Part shown: piece by piece, positions 35,946 to 45,398 of the stretch | Layout of the letters: each line of letters opens with the position of its first letter | Numbering within the stretch: the stretch's first letter is position 1 | Origin: an uncultured Planctomycetia bacterium | Lineage (GTDB): Bacteria > Omnitrophota > Gorgyraeia > 2-01-FULL-45-10 > JAHFGN01 | Direction of reading: 5' to 3' | NCBI GenBank assembly: GCA_964354545.1 | Contig: CAYHAE010000005.1 | Coordinates: forward strand, 12,414-76,413 | DNA: 64,000 nt | Notes under the pieces: model-generated | What the model saw: the letters and a program-made list of their open reading frames with translations, nothing else | What the model was told of the DNA's origin: nothing | Databases searched by the model: none | Made by a program: the position numbers and the translations under genes

Positions 35946-37850
35946 ATGAAGGTAAATAAGATAGTCTTTTTCAACACGATACAGGATGCGGACGCATACC
36001 TCATGAAGGTAGGCTCTCGTGTTCCTGAGGACTGCCTCCTCGTTGCGTTGACGCCATCTGTACGGGCGCACCTGAAGAAGAAGGGAATCGCTGCGCAGGA
36101 CACCGCGTCTTATTTCACGAATGACTCGCACAAGGAGCTTTTGGAAAAGACGAAGAACGCGGTGGACTGGATGAGGACCAAGGCCGCGTTCGCCGACCTT
36201 GGCCTCGGTGTCCGGCGCGCGTATGGCGATGCGTTCGTCTATTGCACGCGGCGCGTCATTACCTATTGCCTGTGGGTGACGGAGGTCGTTTCACACGCGG
36301 TCGCGGCGCACCGCGCCGACGTGCTCGTCGCGGCCCGTTCCGGCGCGAGGCCCGTCGCGAGCCTCTACGTGGAGCCTGACGAGCGCTATGTGGGCGAGAT
36401 CGTGTACGAGATCGCGCTCGCAAAGGGTCTCGGATTTGAGGAGATCTCCGAAGGAGGCGGCCGACGCGCAATGCGGCCGTGGACAAGGGCTCTCGGCCGG
36501 CTCCGGTTCCGTTCGTGCGCGTCATTCATTGTACGGTATGTGAGATTCCGGCTGTGGGCGCTTGGGATACAGGCGCAGAGCGCATTCACGCGAAAGAGGC
36601 CCGCGTTCTATACCACACGTCTCTACCAGATGGACAGGCTCGCAGGAAGGATCCAGGGTGAATATGAGGGGGGACGGCTGCGCCTTTTGAGAAGTTCCGC
36701 CATACCCTCTTTTCCGATCCCCCACGGCCTGTTGCGGGCCCTGTTTCCAAAGTTTGCGGAGGCGATCATCTCGCAGAAAAAAGTCCTCGAACTCATCGAA
36801 CGTGAGATGTGCGGGAATGCGGAGCTCTTCTCCCACAAGGGCATTTCTTACGGGCGCCTCGTCTCACAGAAGATACGCAATAACCTTGCGGACCACGTGA
36901 TCGGGATGAATGTGTGGACGATCGCACTCGGCCGTTTCATCGATGCGATACGTCCGCGCTCTATCCTCTCGAACGGGACGAGGGACGACGACGTCATCAT
37001 CGCCGAGCTCTGCCGCGAGAAGAAGATCCCCGCCGTCCTCATCAGCCACGGGTCTCATATCCGGCCGAAGAACGAATATGAGACGATAGAGTGGGGTGAG
37101 CACGGGAGGCTGCTCCTGAGAGGCCCCTTTTCGCACTTTGTATTGCAGACCCCCGTTTCAGAAGGGTATCTCGAGACATTTCCCACGTCCGGTTCAATTG
37201 TAAAGACCGGCCCTCTCATTTGGGGTAAACCCATCAACCGGGAAAGGAGCAAGGCGCTCTTTACGACGATGTTCGGCACTTACAAAGAAGTGAAGATCAT
37301 CGTTCACGCAGGCACGCCGAAACCGAATAACGCTCTCCGTTTCTATGTCTACGAGACGTCGGACGAGTATATCCGCGCGGTGTGTGACCTCGCCGATGTC
37401 GCTGCGAAGGTCCCTAACACCATTCTTATAGTCAAATTCAGGCCAACGGCCGACATCTCCGTAGAGGGAATGCAGGCGCTCGTTCCTTTTCGAGACAACG
37501 TGAGGCTGAGCGTGGGAGAGCCGTTCCTCGACGTCCTTGGGATGGCAGACCTGCTCGTGAGCTTCTCATCAACGACGATCGAGGAGGCGCTCCAAAACCG
37601 GATCCCCGTATTGCTCTATGGCGGAGACGGGAGGTATCAACACATATCTGCTCAGGTGATCGAACCTGGAAGCGATGTGCGGCCGTCTGCGGTGTACCAG
37701 AGCAGAAAGAAAGAAGATCTCGAGTATGCGCTGCGCAGTATCGTGCAGTTGAATATCGACGGCAGGAACAGGGATAGACACCTCTTCGAGCCGTATATCT
37801 ACCCCGAGAGCGCGCGCAGGCCGTTGGCAGACGCTTTGACCCGCGCGTGA
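35946..37850 (+). CDS. Large hypothetical protein (634 aa); C-terminal motif reminiscent of TagB/TagF-type (CDP-alcohol) glycero/glycosylphosphotransferases
   Basis: The C-terminal segment is VLGMADLLVSFSSTTIEEALQNRIPVLLYG (compare LITDYSS in TagF-like enzymes). No other family is assignable. The start has an AAGGGA RBS. Confidence 0.45.
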   Translation: MKVNKIVFFNTIQDADAYLMKVGSRVPEDCLLVALTPSVRAHLKKKGIAAQDTASYFTNDSHKELLEKTKNAVDWMRTKAAFADLGLGVRRAYGDAFVYCTRRVITYCLWVTEVVSHAVAAHRADVLVAARSGARPVASLYVEPDERYVGEIVYEIALAKGLGFEEISEGGGRRAMRPWTRALGRLRFRSCASFIVRYVRFRLWALGIQAQSAFTRKRPAFYTTRLYQMDRLAGRIQGEYEGGRLRLLRSSAIPSFPIPHGLLRALFPKFAEAIISQKKVLELIEREMCGNAELFSHKGISYGRLVSQKIRNNLADHVIGMNVWTIALGRFIDAIRPRSILSNGTRDDDVIIAELCREKKIPAVLISHGSHIRPKNEYETIEWGEHGRLLLRGPFSHFVLQTPVSEGYLETFPTSGSIVKTGPLIWGKPINRERSKALFTTMFGTYKEVKIIVHAGTPKPNNALRFYVYETSDEYIRAVCDLADVAAKVPNTILIVKFRPTADISVEGMQALVPFRDNVRLSVGEPFLDVLGMADLLVSFSSTTIEEALQNRIPVLLYGGDGRYQHISAQVIEPGSDVRPSAVYQSRKKEDLEYALRSIVQLNIDGRNRDRHLFEPYIYPESARRPLADALTRA

Positions 37851-37869
37851 ACAGGAAAGAGCGGATACT

Positions 37870-39687
37870 ATGAAAAAAAATACGACATTTCCCACAGTGT
37901 GGTTCTTCCTGAAACAGTACCGGGCCATGTACGCCATCATCCTCTTCGTACTGCTCGCAGACGCGCTCTTTGAGAACATGACCATCGCGGTGCTCCTGCC
38001 GCTCCTGCAGTCGTTCCTCGGCCAGACGAGCGGTCTCACGCGGGGAGGCCTCTTCGCGTTTATCGCGAACCTCATCGGGCGCCTCCCCTTCGGCGACCCC
38101 GTCATCAGCACATGTATCCTCGCCCTCGTGCTCGTGGCCGCGAAGGAGGCGCTCGCGTTCATCCGCGAGGTCCTCGTGTCCGGGTACAGCGTGGCGAAGG
38201 TGATGAGCGATGCGAAATTGAAGGTCTTCGAGAAGTATGCCCGTTCCGATTACCAGTTCTTCCTCGACAGTAAACAGGGCGCGCTTGTCTACAATGCGCT
38301 CGTCGCGACCGCGCGGCTCGGGAACTGCCTGCTCTACATACCGCAGCTGGCGACCGCGCTATTGCTGATACTGTCGATCGGCATCGTGCTCATGGCCATA
38401 TCGGTGCGTCTCACGCTCATGCTGCTTGTCGTGGGACTTGTCTATAGCGTGGCCACCCACGTGCTTGCGAAGAAGGTGTCATACGGCATGGGCAAAGAGA
38501 AGACAGAGGCGAGCACTGACTCGCAGGTGATCACCAACGAGTTTATCGACGGGATCAAGCAGATCAGGACCTCCGGGACATCGAATTTCTGGCTTGCCCG
38601 TTTCAGAGGGCCTGTCAAGAGGTTAGAGAGGGTCTTTATCAGGAATGCGGCCTTGGTGGCCGCTCCCGGAAGGGTGATGGAGCTCATGCCGGTCGTATTC
38701 CTGGTGGGCATCACGCTCGTCCTGAGATACTGGAGCAAGGTATCCTCCGAAGGGATCCTGTCCAATCTCGCGGTCATCGGCGTGTACGCATTCGCCCTCT
38801 ACAGGCTCGTGCCGCACCTTACCTCCCTCGGACGGTTGAGGATGCAGATTATGGAGACCTTGCCTGACGTCGAGCTCCTCCATGTCCTTCTTCAGAAGAA
38901 GACCGCCAGTATCGCATACGGCGAAAGAGAGCTGCGTAACCTTGAAAGGGAGATACGATTCGAAGGCGTGACCTTCGGTTATAAGGGGAAGAAGGATGTC
39001 TTAAAAGACGTGAGTTTCGCGATCGAAAAAGGTGCCACCGCAGCGCTCGTGGGAGAGTCCGGGGTCGGGAAATCCACGATCGTGAACCTCCTTATGAGAT
39101 TGTTTGACCCTGACAGCGGGAGGATCACCATCGACGGCACAGACTTAAAGGACCTCACGTACGACACGCTCACGAGGATGATCGCGGTCGTGAGCCAGGA
39201 GACGTTCATATTCAACGGTACCGTCAGGGAGAACATCGCCTTCGGGGCGCACGACGTGCCGCCAGGCGACGTCGTTGCCGCGGCCACGCTCGCGTACGCG
39301 GATGAGTTCATAAGGCTCCTTCCTCAAGGGTACGAAACGATCGTTGGCGACAAGGGGTTGAAGCTTTCCGGAGGCCAGAGGCAGCGCATCGCGATCGCCC
39401 GTGCAATACTTCGCGATCCGCAGGTGCTCATCCTCGACGAGGCGACGAGCTCCCTGGACCACAACTCGGAACTCATCGTCCAGAGCGCGATCAACAATAT
39501 ATCGAGAGACAGGACGACGCTCGTGATCGCCCACAGGCTTTCGACAGTGATGAGCGCCGACAAGATCGTCGTGCTCCACGGCGGCCGGATCGTCGAAGAA
39601 GGGACGCACGGTGAACTGATGGGAAAGAGCAGTGTCTATAAGGGCCTCTACGAAGATCAGACGGTCGGGGCGGGGAGAGAGGGTTAA
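37870..39687 (+). CDS. ABC exporter, fused transmembrane and ATP-binding domains (MsbA-like lipid/glycan exporter type)
   Basis: A six-helix N-terminal transmembrane domain is present. Walker A is GESGVGKST. The signature is LSGGQRQRIAIARAIL. Walker B is ILILDEATSSLD. Confidence 0.85.
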   Translation: MKKNTTFPTVWFFLKQYRAMYAIILFVLLADALFENMTIAVLLPLLQSFLGQTSGLTRGGLFAFIANLIGRLPFGDPVISTCILALVLVAAKEALAFIREVLVSGYSVAKVMSDAKLKVFEKYARSDYQFFLDSKQGALVYNALVATARLGNCLLYIPQLATALLLILSIGIVLMAISVRLTLMLLVVGLVYSVATHVLAKKVSYGMGKEKTEASTDSQVITNEFIDGIKQIRTSGTSNFWLARFRGPVKRLERVFIRNAALVAAPGRVMELMPVVFLVGITLVLRYWSKVSSEGILSNLAVIGVYAFALYRLVPHLTSLGRLRMQIMETLPDVELLHVLLQKKTASIAYGERELRNLEREIRFEGVTFGYKGKKDVLKDVSFAIEKGATAALVGESGVGKSTIVNLLMRLFDPDSGRITIDGTDLKDLTYDTLTRMIAVVSQETFIFNGTVRENIAFGAHDVPPGDVVAAATLAYADEFIRLLPQGYETIVGDKGLKLSGGQRQRIAIARAILRDPQVLILDEATSSLDHNSELIVQSAINNISRDRTTLVIAHRLSTVMSADKIVVLHGGRIVEEGTHGELMGKSSVYKGLYEDQTVGAGREG

Positions 39688-39786
39688 GGTAGGGTTATGG
39701 AAGGTTATGGGAGGTTACGAGTCCGGCATGCGCACTGCAACCTTACGTAACCTTAAGTAACATTCCGTAACCTTATGTAACCTCAG
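39682..39786. repeat. Palindromic array of tandem 10-bp repeats (4x RRGGTTAYGR, spacer, 5x GTAACCTTAN)
   Basis: The left arm at 39682-39720 is GGGTTAAGGT AGGGTTATGG AAGGTTATGG GAGGTTACGA. The right arm at 39738-39786 is CAACCTTAC GTAACCTTAA GTAACATTCC GTAACCTTAT GTAACCTCAG. The arms are reverse complements, have a 10-bp period, and lie immediately upstream of the RBS of the 39806 gene. Confidence 0.55.
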
Positions 39787-39805
39787 ATAGAGGAGACTGG
39801 ACAAG

Positions 39806-40573
39806 ATGGATCTAAAGACAAGGCTCAAGGCAGGCGGGGTGACGATAGGTTCCTGGGTCACGCTTTACCATACATCCATCGCGGAGATAATGGCAAAGGC
39901 AGGATTTGATTGGCTCACGGTGGATATGGAGCACTCCTCGATAACGCTCGATCAGGCCCAGCATCTCATACAGGTGATAGAGCTTTCAGGCATCGCGCCC
40001 CTGGTGCGCGTTGGCGAGAATGACGCCGCGCTCATAAAGAGGGTGATGGACTCGGGCGCACACGGCGTCATCGTCCCTATGGTGAATACGAAGGACGATG
40101 CCCTGAGGGCCGTCTCTTCGGTGAGGTACCCTCCGCGGGGCACGCGGGGGGTAGGGCTTGCGAGGGCCCAGGGCTATGGGTTCGAGTTCCAGAAGTACAA
40201 GACATGGGCGAATAAGGGAACCATCCTCATCGTCCAAATAGAACACATCAACGCGGTGGAGAACCTCGATGAAATACTGGCGGTTGACGGCGTCGATGGC
40301 TTTATCGTGGGACCCTACGACCTCTCGGGTTCCATGGGAGTCCCGGGAGAGCTGGGGCACCCAAAAGTAAGGAGCGCTCTCAAAAGGATAATGACGGTCG
40401 CGAGACGCCATAAGGCGGTGCCGGGATTTCACATCGTCCCTCCCGATCCCGCACTCGCGGCGGAGAAGATAAGGGAAGGTTACCGTTTCCTCGGGCTTAG
40501 CTTCGACGCGTACTTTTTGGGAACGATGTGCAGGGAAGGGCTCTCCATGATAAGGAAGAAGGTGAGGAGATGA
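39806..40573 (+). CDS. HpcH/HpaI-family class II pyruvate aldolase
   Basis: The family N-terminus LKAGGVTIGSWVTLYHTSIAEIMAKAGFDWLTVDMEHS is present, with the catalytic Arg context RYPPRGTRGVG. An AGGAGA RBS precedes the start. Confidence 0.8.
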   Translation: MDLKTRLKAGGVTIGSWVTLYHTSIAEIMAKAGFDWLTVDMEHSSITLDQAQHLIQVIELSGIAPLVRVGENDAALIKRVMDSGAHGVIVPMVNTKDDALRAVSSVRYPPRGTRGVGLARAQGYGFEFQKYKTWANKGTILIVQIEHINAVENLDEILAVDGVDGFIVGPYDLSGSMGVPGELGHPKVRSALKRIMTVARRHKAVPGFHIVPPDPALAAEKIREGYRFLGLSFDAYFLGTMCREGLSMIRKKVRR

Positions 40574-41355
40574 GGACCGTAGGGATCATACCGGCGCGCA
40601 TGGCATCGACTCGCTTTCCCGGAAAGCCGCTCGCGAGGATATGCGGCATCCCCATGATAGGCCATGTCTACGCGAGGAGCGCGATGTCACGGAACCTCGA
40701 CGCGGCCTACATTGCGACGTGCGACAAGGAGATCGCGGACTACGCCTCTTCAATAGGCTGCACGCCGATCATGACAGCCGTGACGCACGAACGGGCATCC
40801 GACAGGGCAGCGGAGGCCATGCTCGCCATAGAGCGCATGACGGGGACGAGGGTGGACATCGCGGTGATGGTCCAGGGCGATGAACCCCTGCTCTATCCCG
40901 AGATGATCGACGAAGCGATAAGGCCGATGCGGGAGGATCGTTCGGTCCGGGTGGTGAACCTGATGTCTGCGCTGCGGTCGAAAGAGGAGCAAGGCGACCC
41001 CAACATCGTGAAGGTAGTCGCCGACCTCAAGGGCGATGCGCTCTATTTTTCGAGAGAGCCCATCCCTTCTGGAAAGAAGGTGAAGGGCGAGGCCGGGTGC
41101 GCATATAAACAAGTGGCCATCATACCGTTCAGGCGCGATTCTCTTTTAAGTTTCTATGAGCTGGAGCCCACGCCGCTCGAGGCCGTCGAATCCGTCGATA
41201 TGCTGCGGTTCTTAGAGCACGGACATAGGGTAAGGATGGTGGTGACGAAATTCGAGACCTGCGGCGTCGATACGCCGGAGGACCTGAAGAAGGTAGAGAA
41301 GTTGATGGAGCGCGATCCGCTCTTTTTGAAGTACAGGGAGACCGTGTTGAAATGA
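40570..41355 (+). CDS. KdsB-family cytidylyltransferase (CMP-3-deoxy-ulosonate synthetase-like)
   Basis: The CTP_transf_3/KdsB signature is [33 protein letters not shown], with ...VQGDEPL. The start was trimmed to the ATG at 40570, which overlaps the upstream TGA. Confidence 0.8.
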   Translation: MRTVGIIPARMASTRFPGKPLARICGIPMIGHVYARSAMSRNLDAAYIATCDKEIADYASSIGCTPIMTAVTHERASDRAAEAMLAIERMTGTRVDIAVMVQGDEPLLYPEMIDEAIRPMREDRSVRVVNLMSALRSKEEQGDPNIVKVVADLKGDALYFSREPIPSGKKVKGEAGCAYKQVAIIPFRRDSLLSFYELEPTPLEAVESVDMLRFLEHGHRVRMVVTKFETCGVDTPEDLKKVEKLMERDPLFLKYRETVLK

Positions 41356-41963
41356 GAAGCCGAATCCGCACGATCATAAAGATCCTCATAGGGGAGATCG
41401 AAGAATGGTGGGTGCACCTCTTTATTCAGAATATACCGGGGAGAGCGGGCCTTGTGATAAGGAGGTTCTGGTGGCGCGGCAGACTACGCGAATCTTCCGT
41501 ATTCTCCCTGTATCCGGAGTGCGTGATCACGGGCGCCGAGAGGATCTCCATGGGGAAGGACGTGATCGTATCCCGCCGCACGTGTCTCTATGCGCACGAT
41601 GACGGCGTGATCGCGATCGGGAACAGGGCCAGTTTCAATAGCGGCGTTATCGTGAGCGCGGCAGACGGCGGCCGGGTCACCATCGGCAGCAACGTCCTTG
41701 TCGGGCCCAATGTCGTGATGCGTTCGCGCAATCACGTCCACTCGAGAAAGGACATCCCCATTCGCGACCAGGGGCACATGGGAGGCCCGATCGTAATAGG
41801 CGACGATGTGTGGATCGGCGCGAACGCCGTCATACTGCCTGACGTGACTATAGGCAGCGGCGCCGTGATAGGAGCAGGGGCGGTGGTGACGAAAGACGTG
41901 CCGGGGTATGCGCTCGCGGGCGGAGTGCCCGCGAAGGTCATACGTGAGGATTGTAGAAAGTAA
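41352..41963 (+). CDS. Hexapeptide-repeat (LbH) acetyltransferase
   Basis: Hexapeptide repeats ([43 protein letters not shown]) are present. There is an ATGA overlap with the upstream gene. Confidence 0.75.
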   Translation: MRSRIRTIIKILIGEIEEWWVHLFIQNIPGRAGLVIRRFWWRGRLRESSVFSLYPECVITGAERISMGKDVIVSRRTCLYAHDDGVIAIGNRASFNSGVIVSAADGGRVTIGSNVLVGPNVVMRSRNHVHSRKDIPIRDQGHMGGPIVIGDDVWIGANAVILPDVTIGSGAVIGAGAVVTKDVPGYALAGGVPAKVIREDCRK

Positions 41964-41979
41964 ACGATCGAGGTCATGT

Positions 41980-43047
41980 ATGAAGAAAGAGATCTATAAT
42001 GTGGGGATTGCCGGGTACGGTGTTGTGGGGAAGAGGCGGAGGGAGTTCATAGACAGGCATCCGAACCTGAAGACGACAGCCGTCTGTGACCAGTATTTCA
42101 AGACGTCCGGTGTCCTGCCCGACGGCGTGCGCTTTCATCCGCACTATAGCTCGCTCCTCAAAGAAGACATCGACGTATTGTTCGTGAGCCTCCCGAACTA
42201 TCTTGCCAGCGAGGTGACGATCGCCGGCCTCGAACGAGGAATACACGTATTCTGTGAAAAGCCGCCGGGACGAGATCTCCGGGATATCGAGCAGGTCATC
42301 GAGGCGGAGAAGCGCCATCCGGGTATCCTTCTCAAGTATGGATTCAATCACCGATATCACGATTCCGTGCGCGAGGCGCTTCGTATCGTGAGGTCCGGCG
42401 AACTCGGCGAGATCGTGAATTTGCGTGGCGTGTACGGCAAGAGCAAGATCATCCCGTTCTCGGGAGGCTGGCGCGCGGAGAGGAAGTACTCAGGAGGCGG
42501 GATCCTCCTCGACCAGGGTATCCACATGGTGGACCTCATGCGCCTCTTCTGCGGGGATTTTGTGGAGGTGAAGAGCTATGTCTCCAACAACTATTGGAAG
42601 CACGATGTCGAAGACAACGCCTATGCGCTCATGAAAGACGCGAAGGGCAGGATCGCATTCCTCCATTCAAGCGCCACGCAGTGGCAGCACCGTTTTGCCC
42701 TGGAGATCGCGTTCACCGAAGGTTATGTGGAATTACAGGGCATCCTGTCGGGCTCCAAGAGTTATGGCGAGGAGAAGCTGGTCAAGGGGAGACGGGATGA
42801 GTCAGAAACGGGCACTGCCAAGGAAGAGGCGATTACGTACCTCGAGGACAACTCATGGCGCGACGAGATAAACGAATTTGCCGACGCGATCGTGAGCGGC
42901 ACCCCGATCGAGTTCGGCACGAGCCGGGAGGCGCTCGACACGATGAGGCTCGTCTACACGATCTACTGGTCAGATCCTGAATGGCGCAAGAAGTTCGCCA
43001 TCGAAAACCCCGGCCGCGCCATGGTCGGGGACACAGCGAGGGTATAG
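41980..43047 (+). CDS. Gfo/Idh/MocA-family oxidoreductase
   Basis: The Rossmann motif is YNVGIAGYGVVGKRRREF. The family motif CEKPPGRDLRDIEQVIEAEKRHPGILLKYGFNHRYH is present. The start was trimmed to the ATG at 41980, after a GAGG RBS. Confidence 0.75.
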   Translation: MKKEIYNVGIAGYGVVGKRRREFIDRHPNLKTTAVCDQYFKTSGVLPDGVRFHPHYSSLLKEDIDVLFVSLPNYLASEVTIAGLERGIHVFCEKPPGRDLRDIEQVIEAEKRHPGILLKYGFNHRYHDSVREALRIVRSGELGEIVNLRGVYGKSKIIPFSGGWRAERKYSGGGILLDQGIHMVDLMRLFCGDFVEVKSYVSNNYWKHDVEDNAYALMKDAKGRIAFLHSSATQWQHRFALEIAFTEGYVELQGILSGSKSYGEEKLVKGRRDESETGTAKEEAITYLEDNSWRDEINEFADAIVSGTPIEFGTSREALDTMRLVYTIYWSDPEWRKKFAIENPGRAMVGDTARV

Positions 43048-43048
43048 A

Positions 43049-43717
43049 ATGGAGAAGAGACTGCTTTCGAATAAACTCACGGCCCTTTTTAACGAGAACA
43101 AGGACCGGAACGGGTACCTCAAGGGCTACTGCCGCTATCTTTCGGATTTGCTGGAAAAGATCGATTACGCATCGATCGAAGCGGTGATGGACTGCCTTGA
43201 AGATGCGCGCACGCGCTCCTCGATCATATTCTTCGCGGGCAACGGCGGCAGCGCTGCGACCGCGTCGCACTTTGCGCAGGACCTGGCGGAAGTAGGGAGG
43301 AAGACCGGGAAGGCCTGTTTCAAGACGATGAGCCTGGCCGACGGCGTCCCTGCCATGACCGCGATTGCGAACGATTACGGATACGACGCCGTCTTCACGG
43401 GGCAGATGTCGGGGCTCTTCAAGGAGCGCGATGTCCTCGTTGCGATCTCGGCGAGCGGGAACAGTCCCAACGTGGTCAAGGCGGTAGAGTATGCGAAGAC
43501 CCTGGGAGGGATCACGATAGGTATGGTGGGGTTCGACGGCGGAAAGCTCGCGCGGATGTGCGACCACGTGATCCACGTCAAGACCCAGTGGGGCGAATAC
43601 GGTCCCGTCGAGGACATCCACCTCGTCTTGGATCATATGATCACGTCCTATTTCGTATTGCAGGGATCCCGCCGGGGCAAGGAGAAGAAGCCGGCCGGCA
43701 CTACGGGGGTCAGATGA
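43049..43717 (+). CDS. SIS-domain sugar-phosphate isomerase, GmhA-like (sedoheptulose-7-phosphate isomerase family)
   Basis: The GmhA-type motif FFAGNGGSAATASHFAQDL is present. It is a single SIS domain of about 220 aa, with SASGNSPNV. Confidence 0.75.
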   Translation: MEKRLLSNKLTALFNENKDRNGYLKGYCRYLSDLLEKIDYASIEAVMDCLEDARTRSSIIFFAGNGGSAATASHFAQDLAEVGRKTGKACFKTMSLADGVPAMTAIANDYGYDAVFTGQMSGLFKERDVLVAISASGNSPNVVKAVEYAKTLGGITIGMVGFDGGKLARMCDHVIHVKTQWGEYGPVEDIHLVLDHMITSYFVLQGSRRGKEKKPAGTTGVR

Positions 43718-44478
43718 ACCAAAATGAGCGGCGCTACTTCAGCGAGAAAGAACTCGAGCTCTATGATGCCACGTCGCTGCCGCTTTCGTATCTTGTGAAG
43801 TCACTGTGGGTCAAGATGCGCAGGCAGACATGGGGCCGGTTCACCGATCGGGGCGCGAGGTTCGTGTGGACTGCAAGCGCGGTGAGCGATGCGACAGGGC
43901 CGGCCGATAATGTCAGGAATTACGTCGAGCGGGAGAATGTCCGCTCGATGCTAAAAAAGGTTGTCCGGAACTATCCCGTTAATTCCGCATGCGAAGTGGG
44001 ATGCGGATACGGCCGGCTCACCATGGTCTTGAAAGAGTTTACGCAAAAGGTTGCAGGTTTTGAGCGAGAAAAGATCTTGGTTGATATTGCCAAACCCCTC
44101 TTGCCCGCGATAGAGTTTTACCACGTCGAGTCTCTCGACAAGATCTCCGAGCTTGGTATGCAGCCCTTTGATTTTGTGATGATGTGCACGGTCCTGCAGC
44201 ACCTTACTGACGATTTTTGTCAGAAGGTCATCGAGGATATTAAACGGCTTGCCCCCATGGGGCACGTCTTATTAATTGAAAAGACCGAGCCGATCGCAAT
44301 TACAGCAAATACAAAGGACGACACGTCGTTCATCAGCCGGGACCGTTCCGTCGAGACATATACCATGTTGATGAACCCGTTTAAATTAGCCGCGACGGCA
44401 AAACGCATGGCGGAACCAACGTATTTCAATCCCCATCCCGGAACATGTATGTTGTTTAAGAGCCCTTTATTAAAATGA
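43714..44478 (+). CDS. Class I SAM-dependent methyltransferase
   Basis: Motif I is EVGCGYGRLTMVLKEF. The start was trimmed to the ATG at 43714 (ATGA overlap). Confidence 0.65.
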   Translation: MNQNERRYFSEKELELYDATSLPLSYLVKSLWVKMRRQTWGRFTDRGARFVWTASAVSDATGPADNVRNYVERENVRSMLKKVVRNYPVNSACEVGCGYGRLTMVLKEFTQKVAGFEREKILVDIAKPLLPAIEFYHVESLDKISELGMQPFDFVMMCTVLQHLTDDFCQKVIEDIKRLAPMGHVLLIEKTEPIAITANTKDDTSFISRDRSVETYTMLMNPFKLAATAKRMAEPTYFNPHPGTCMLFKSPLLK

Positions 44479-45398
44479 AGATCATGGACGGGAAAAAGAT
44501 AGTGATAGGGCCGTCTACCTTCGGCGAGACGGACCGTAGGCCTCTCGAGAGATTATGCGATGCGGGTTATGATGTCGTCGAAAATCCGTTTAAACGGAAG
44601 TTGACAAAAGAAGAATTGATCGGCCTGCTCAGCGATAAAGTGGTCGGGCTGATAGCCGGGCTGGAGACCGTTGACCGGGAGGTGATGGAAAAATCAAAAT
44701 TGAAGGTTGTCTCCCGCTGCGGTTCAGGCATGTCCAATGTTGATGCACAGGCGGCGAGGGAGCTGGGCATCAGAGTTTATTCCACGCCCGATTCCCCCAC
44801 CGCGGCCGTCGCAGAGCTCACGATGTGCGCGCTCCTCTCGCTCGTGCGTTCATTCCCTCACATGAACTACTCAATGCATCAACGTAAGTGGGGGAAACGT
44901 ATAGGTGTTCAGCTAAGCGGCAAAAACATCGCGATCATAGGATTCGGCAGAATAGGCCGAAAGGTGGCCCAGCTCGTGAGGGCATTCGGTGCGCATGTAG
45001 TCGCTGTTGACCCCGCGCTTTCAGGCACAATAGACGGTGTAACGGTTGTCGATTGTGACACTGCCCTGAAGAAAGCCGATATCGTTGCCCTCCACGCAAG
45101 CGGAGACCGGCCCCTGCTCGGTGAACGCGAATTTAAACTATTGAAAAAGGGAGCGTATGTGCTCAATGCGGCACGAGGCGGGTTGATCGACGAGAAGGAG
45201 CTCGCGAAGGCTATTGACAGGGGACAGGTGGCCGGTGCATGGCTGGATACGTTTGCCGAAGAACCCTATACGGGGCCTCTGTGCGACTACGAGAACGTTA
45301 TTCTGACCCCACATGTCGGTTCTTATACTCTGGAGTGCAGGCGGCAGATGGAATTGGAATCGGTGAAAAATCTCCTCGCGGGGCTTCACAATGAATAA
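44475..45398 (+). CDS. D-isomer-specific 2-hydroxyacid dehydrogenase (PGDH-like)
   Basis: The NAD-binding motif is IAIIGFGRIGRKVAQLVRAFGAHVVAVDP. The catalytic RGGLIDE...H region is present. Confidence 0.8.
   Translation: MKIMDGKKIVIGPSTFGETDRRPLERLCDAGYDVVENPFKRKLTKEELIGLLSDKVVGLIAGLETVDREVMEKSKLKVVSRCGSGMSNVDAQAARELGIRVYSTPDSPTAAVAELTMCALLSLVRSFPHMNYSMHQRKWGKRIGVQLSGKNIAIIGFGRIGRKVAQLVRAFGAHVVAVDPALSGTIDGVTVVDCDTALKKADIVALHASGDRPLLGEREFKLLKKGAYVLNAARGGLIDEKELAKAIDRGQVAGAWLDTFAEEPYTGPLCDYENVILTPHVGSYTLECRRQMELESVKNLLAGLHNE

Noticed and set aside
42833-43636. 267-aa minus-strand ORF across the Gfo/Idh/MocA and SIS genes
   Set aside because: It is antisense to two motif-supported + strand genes.
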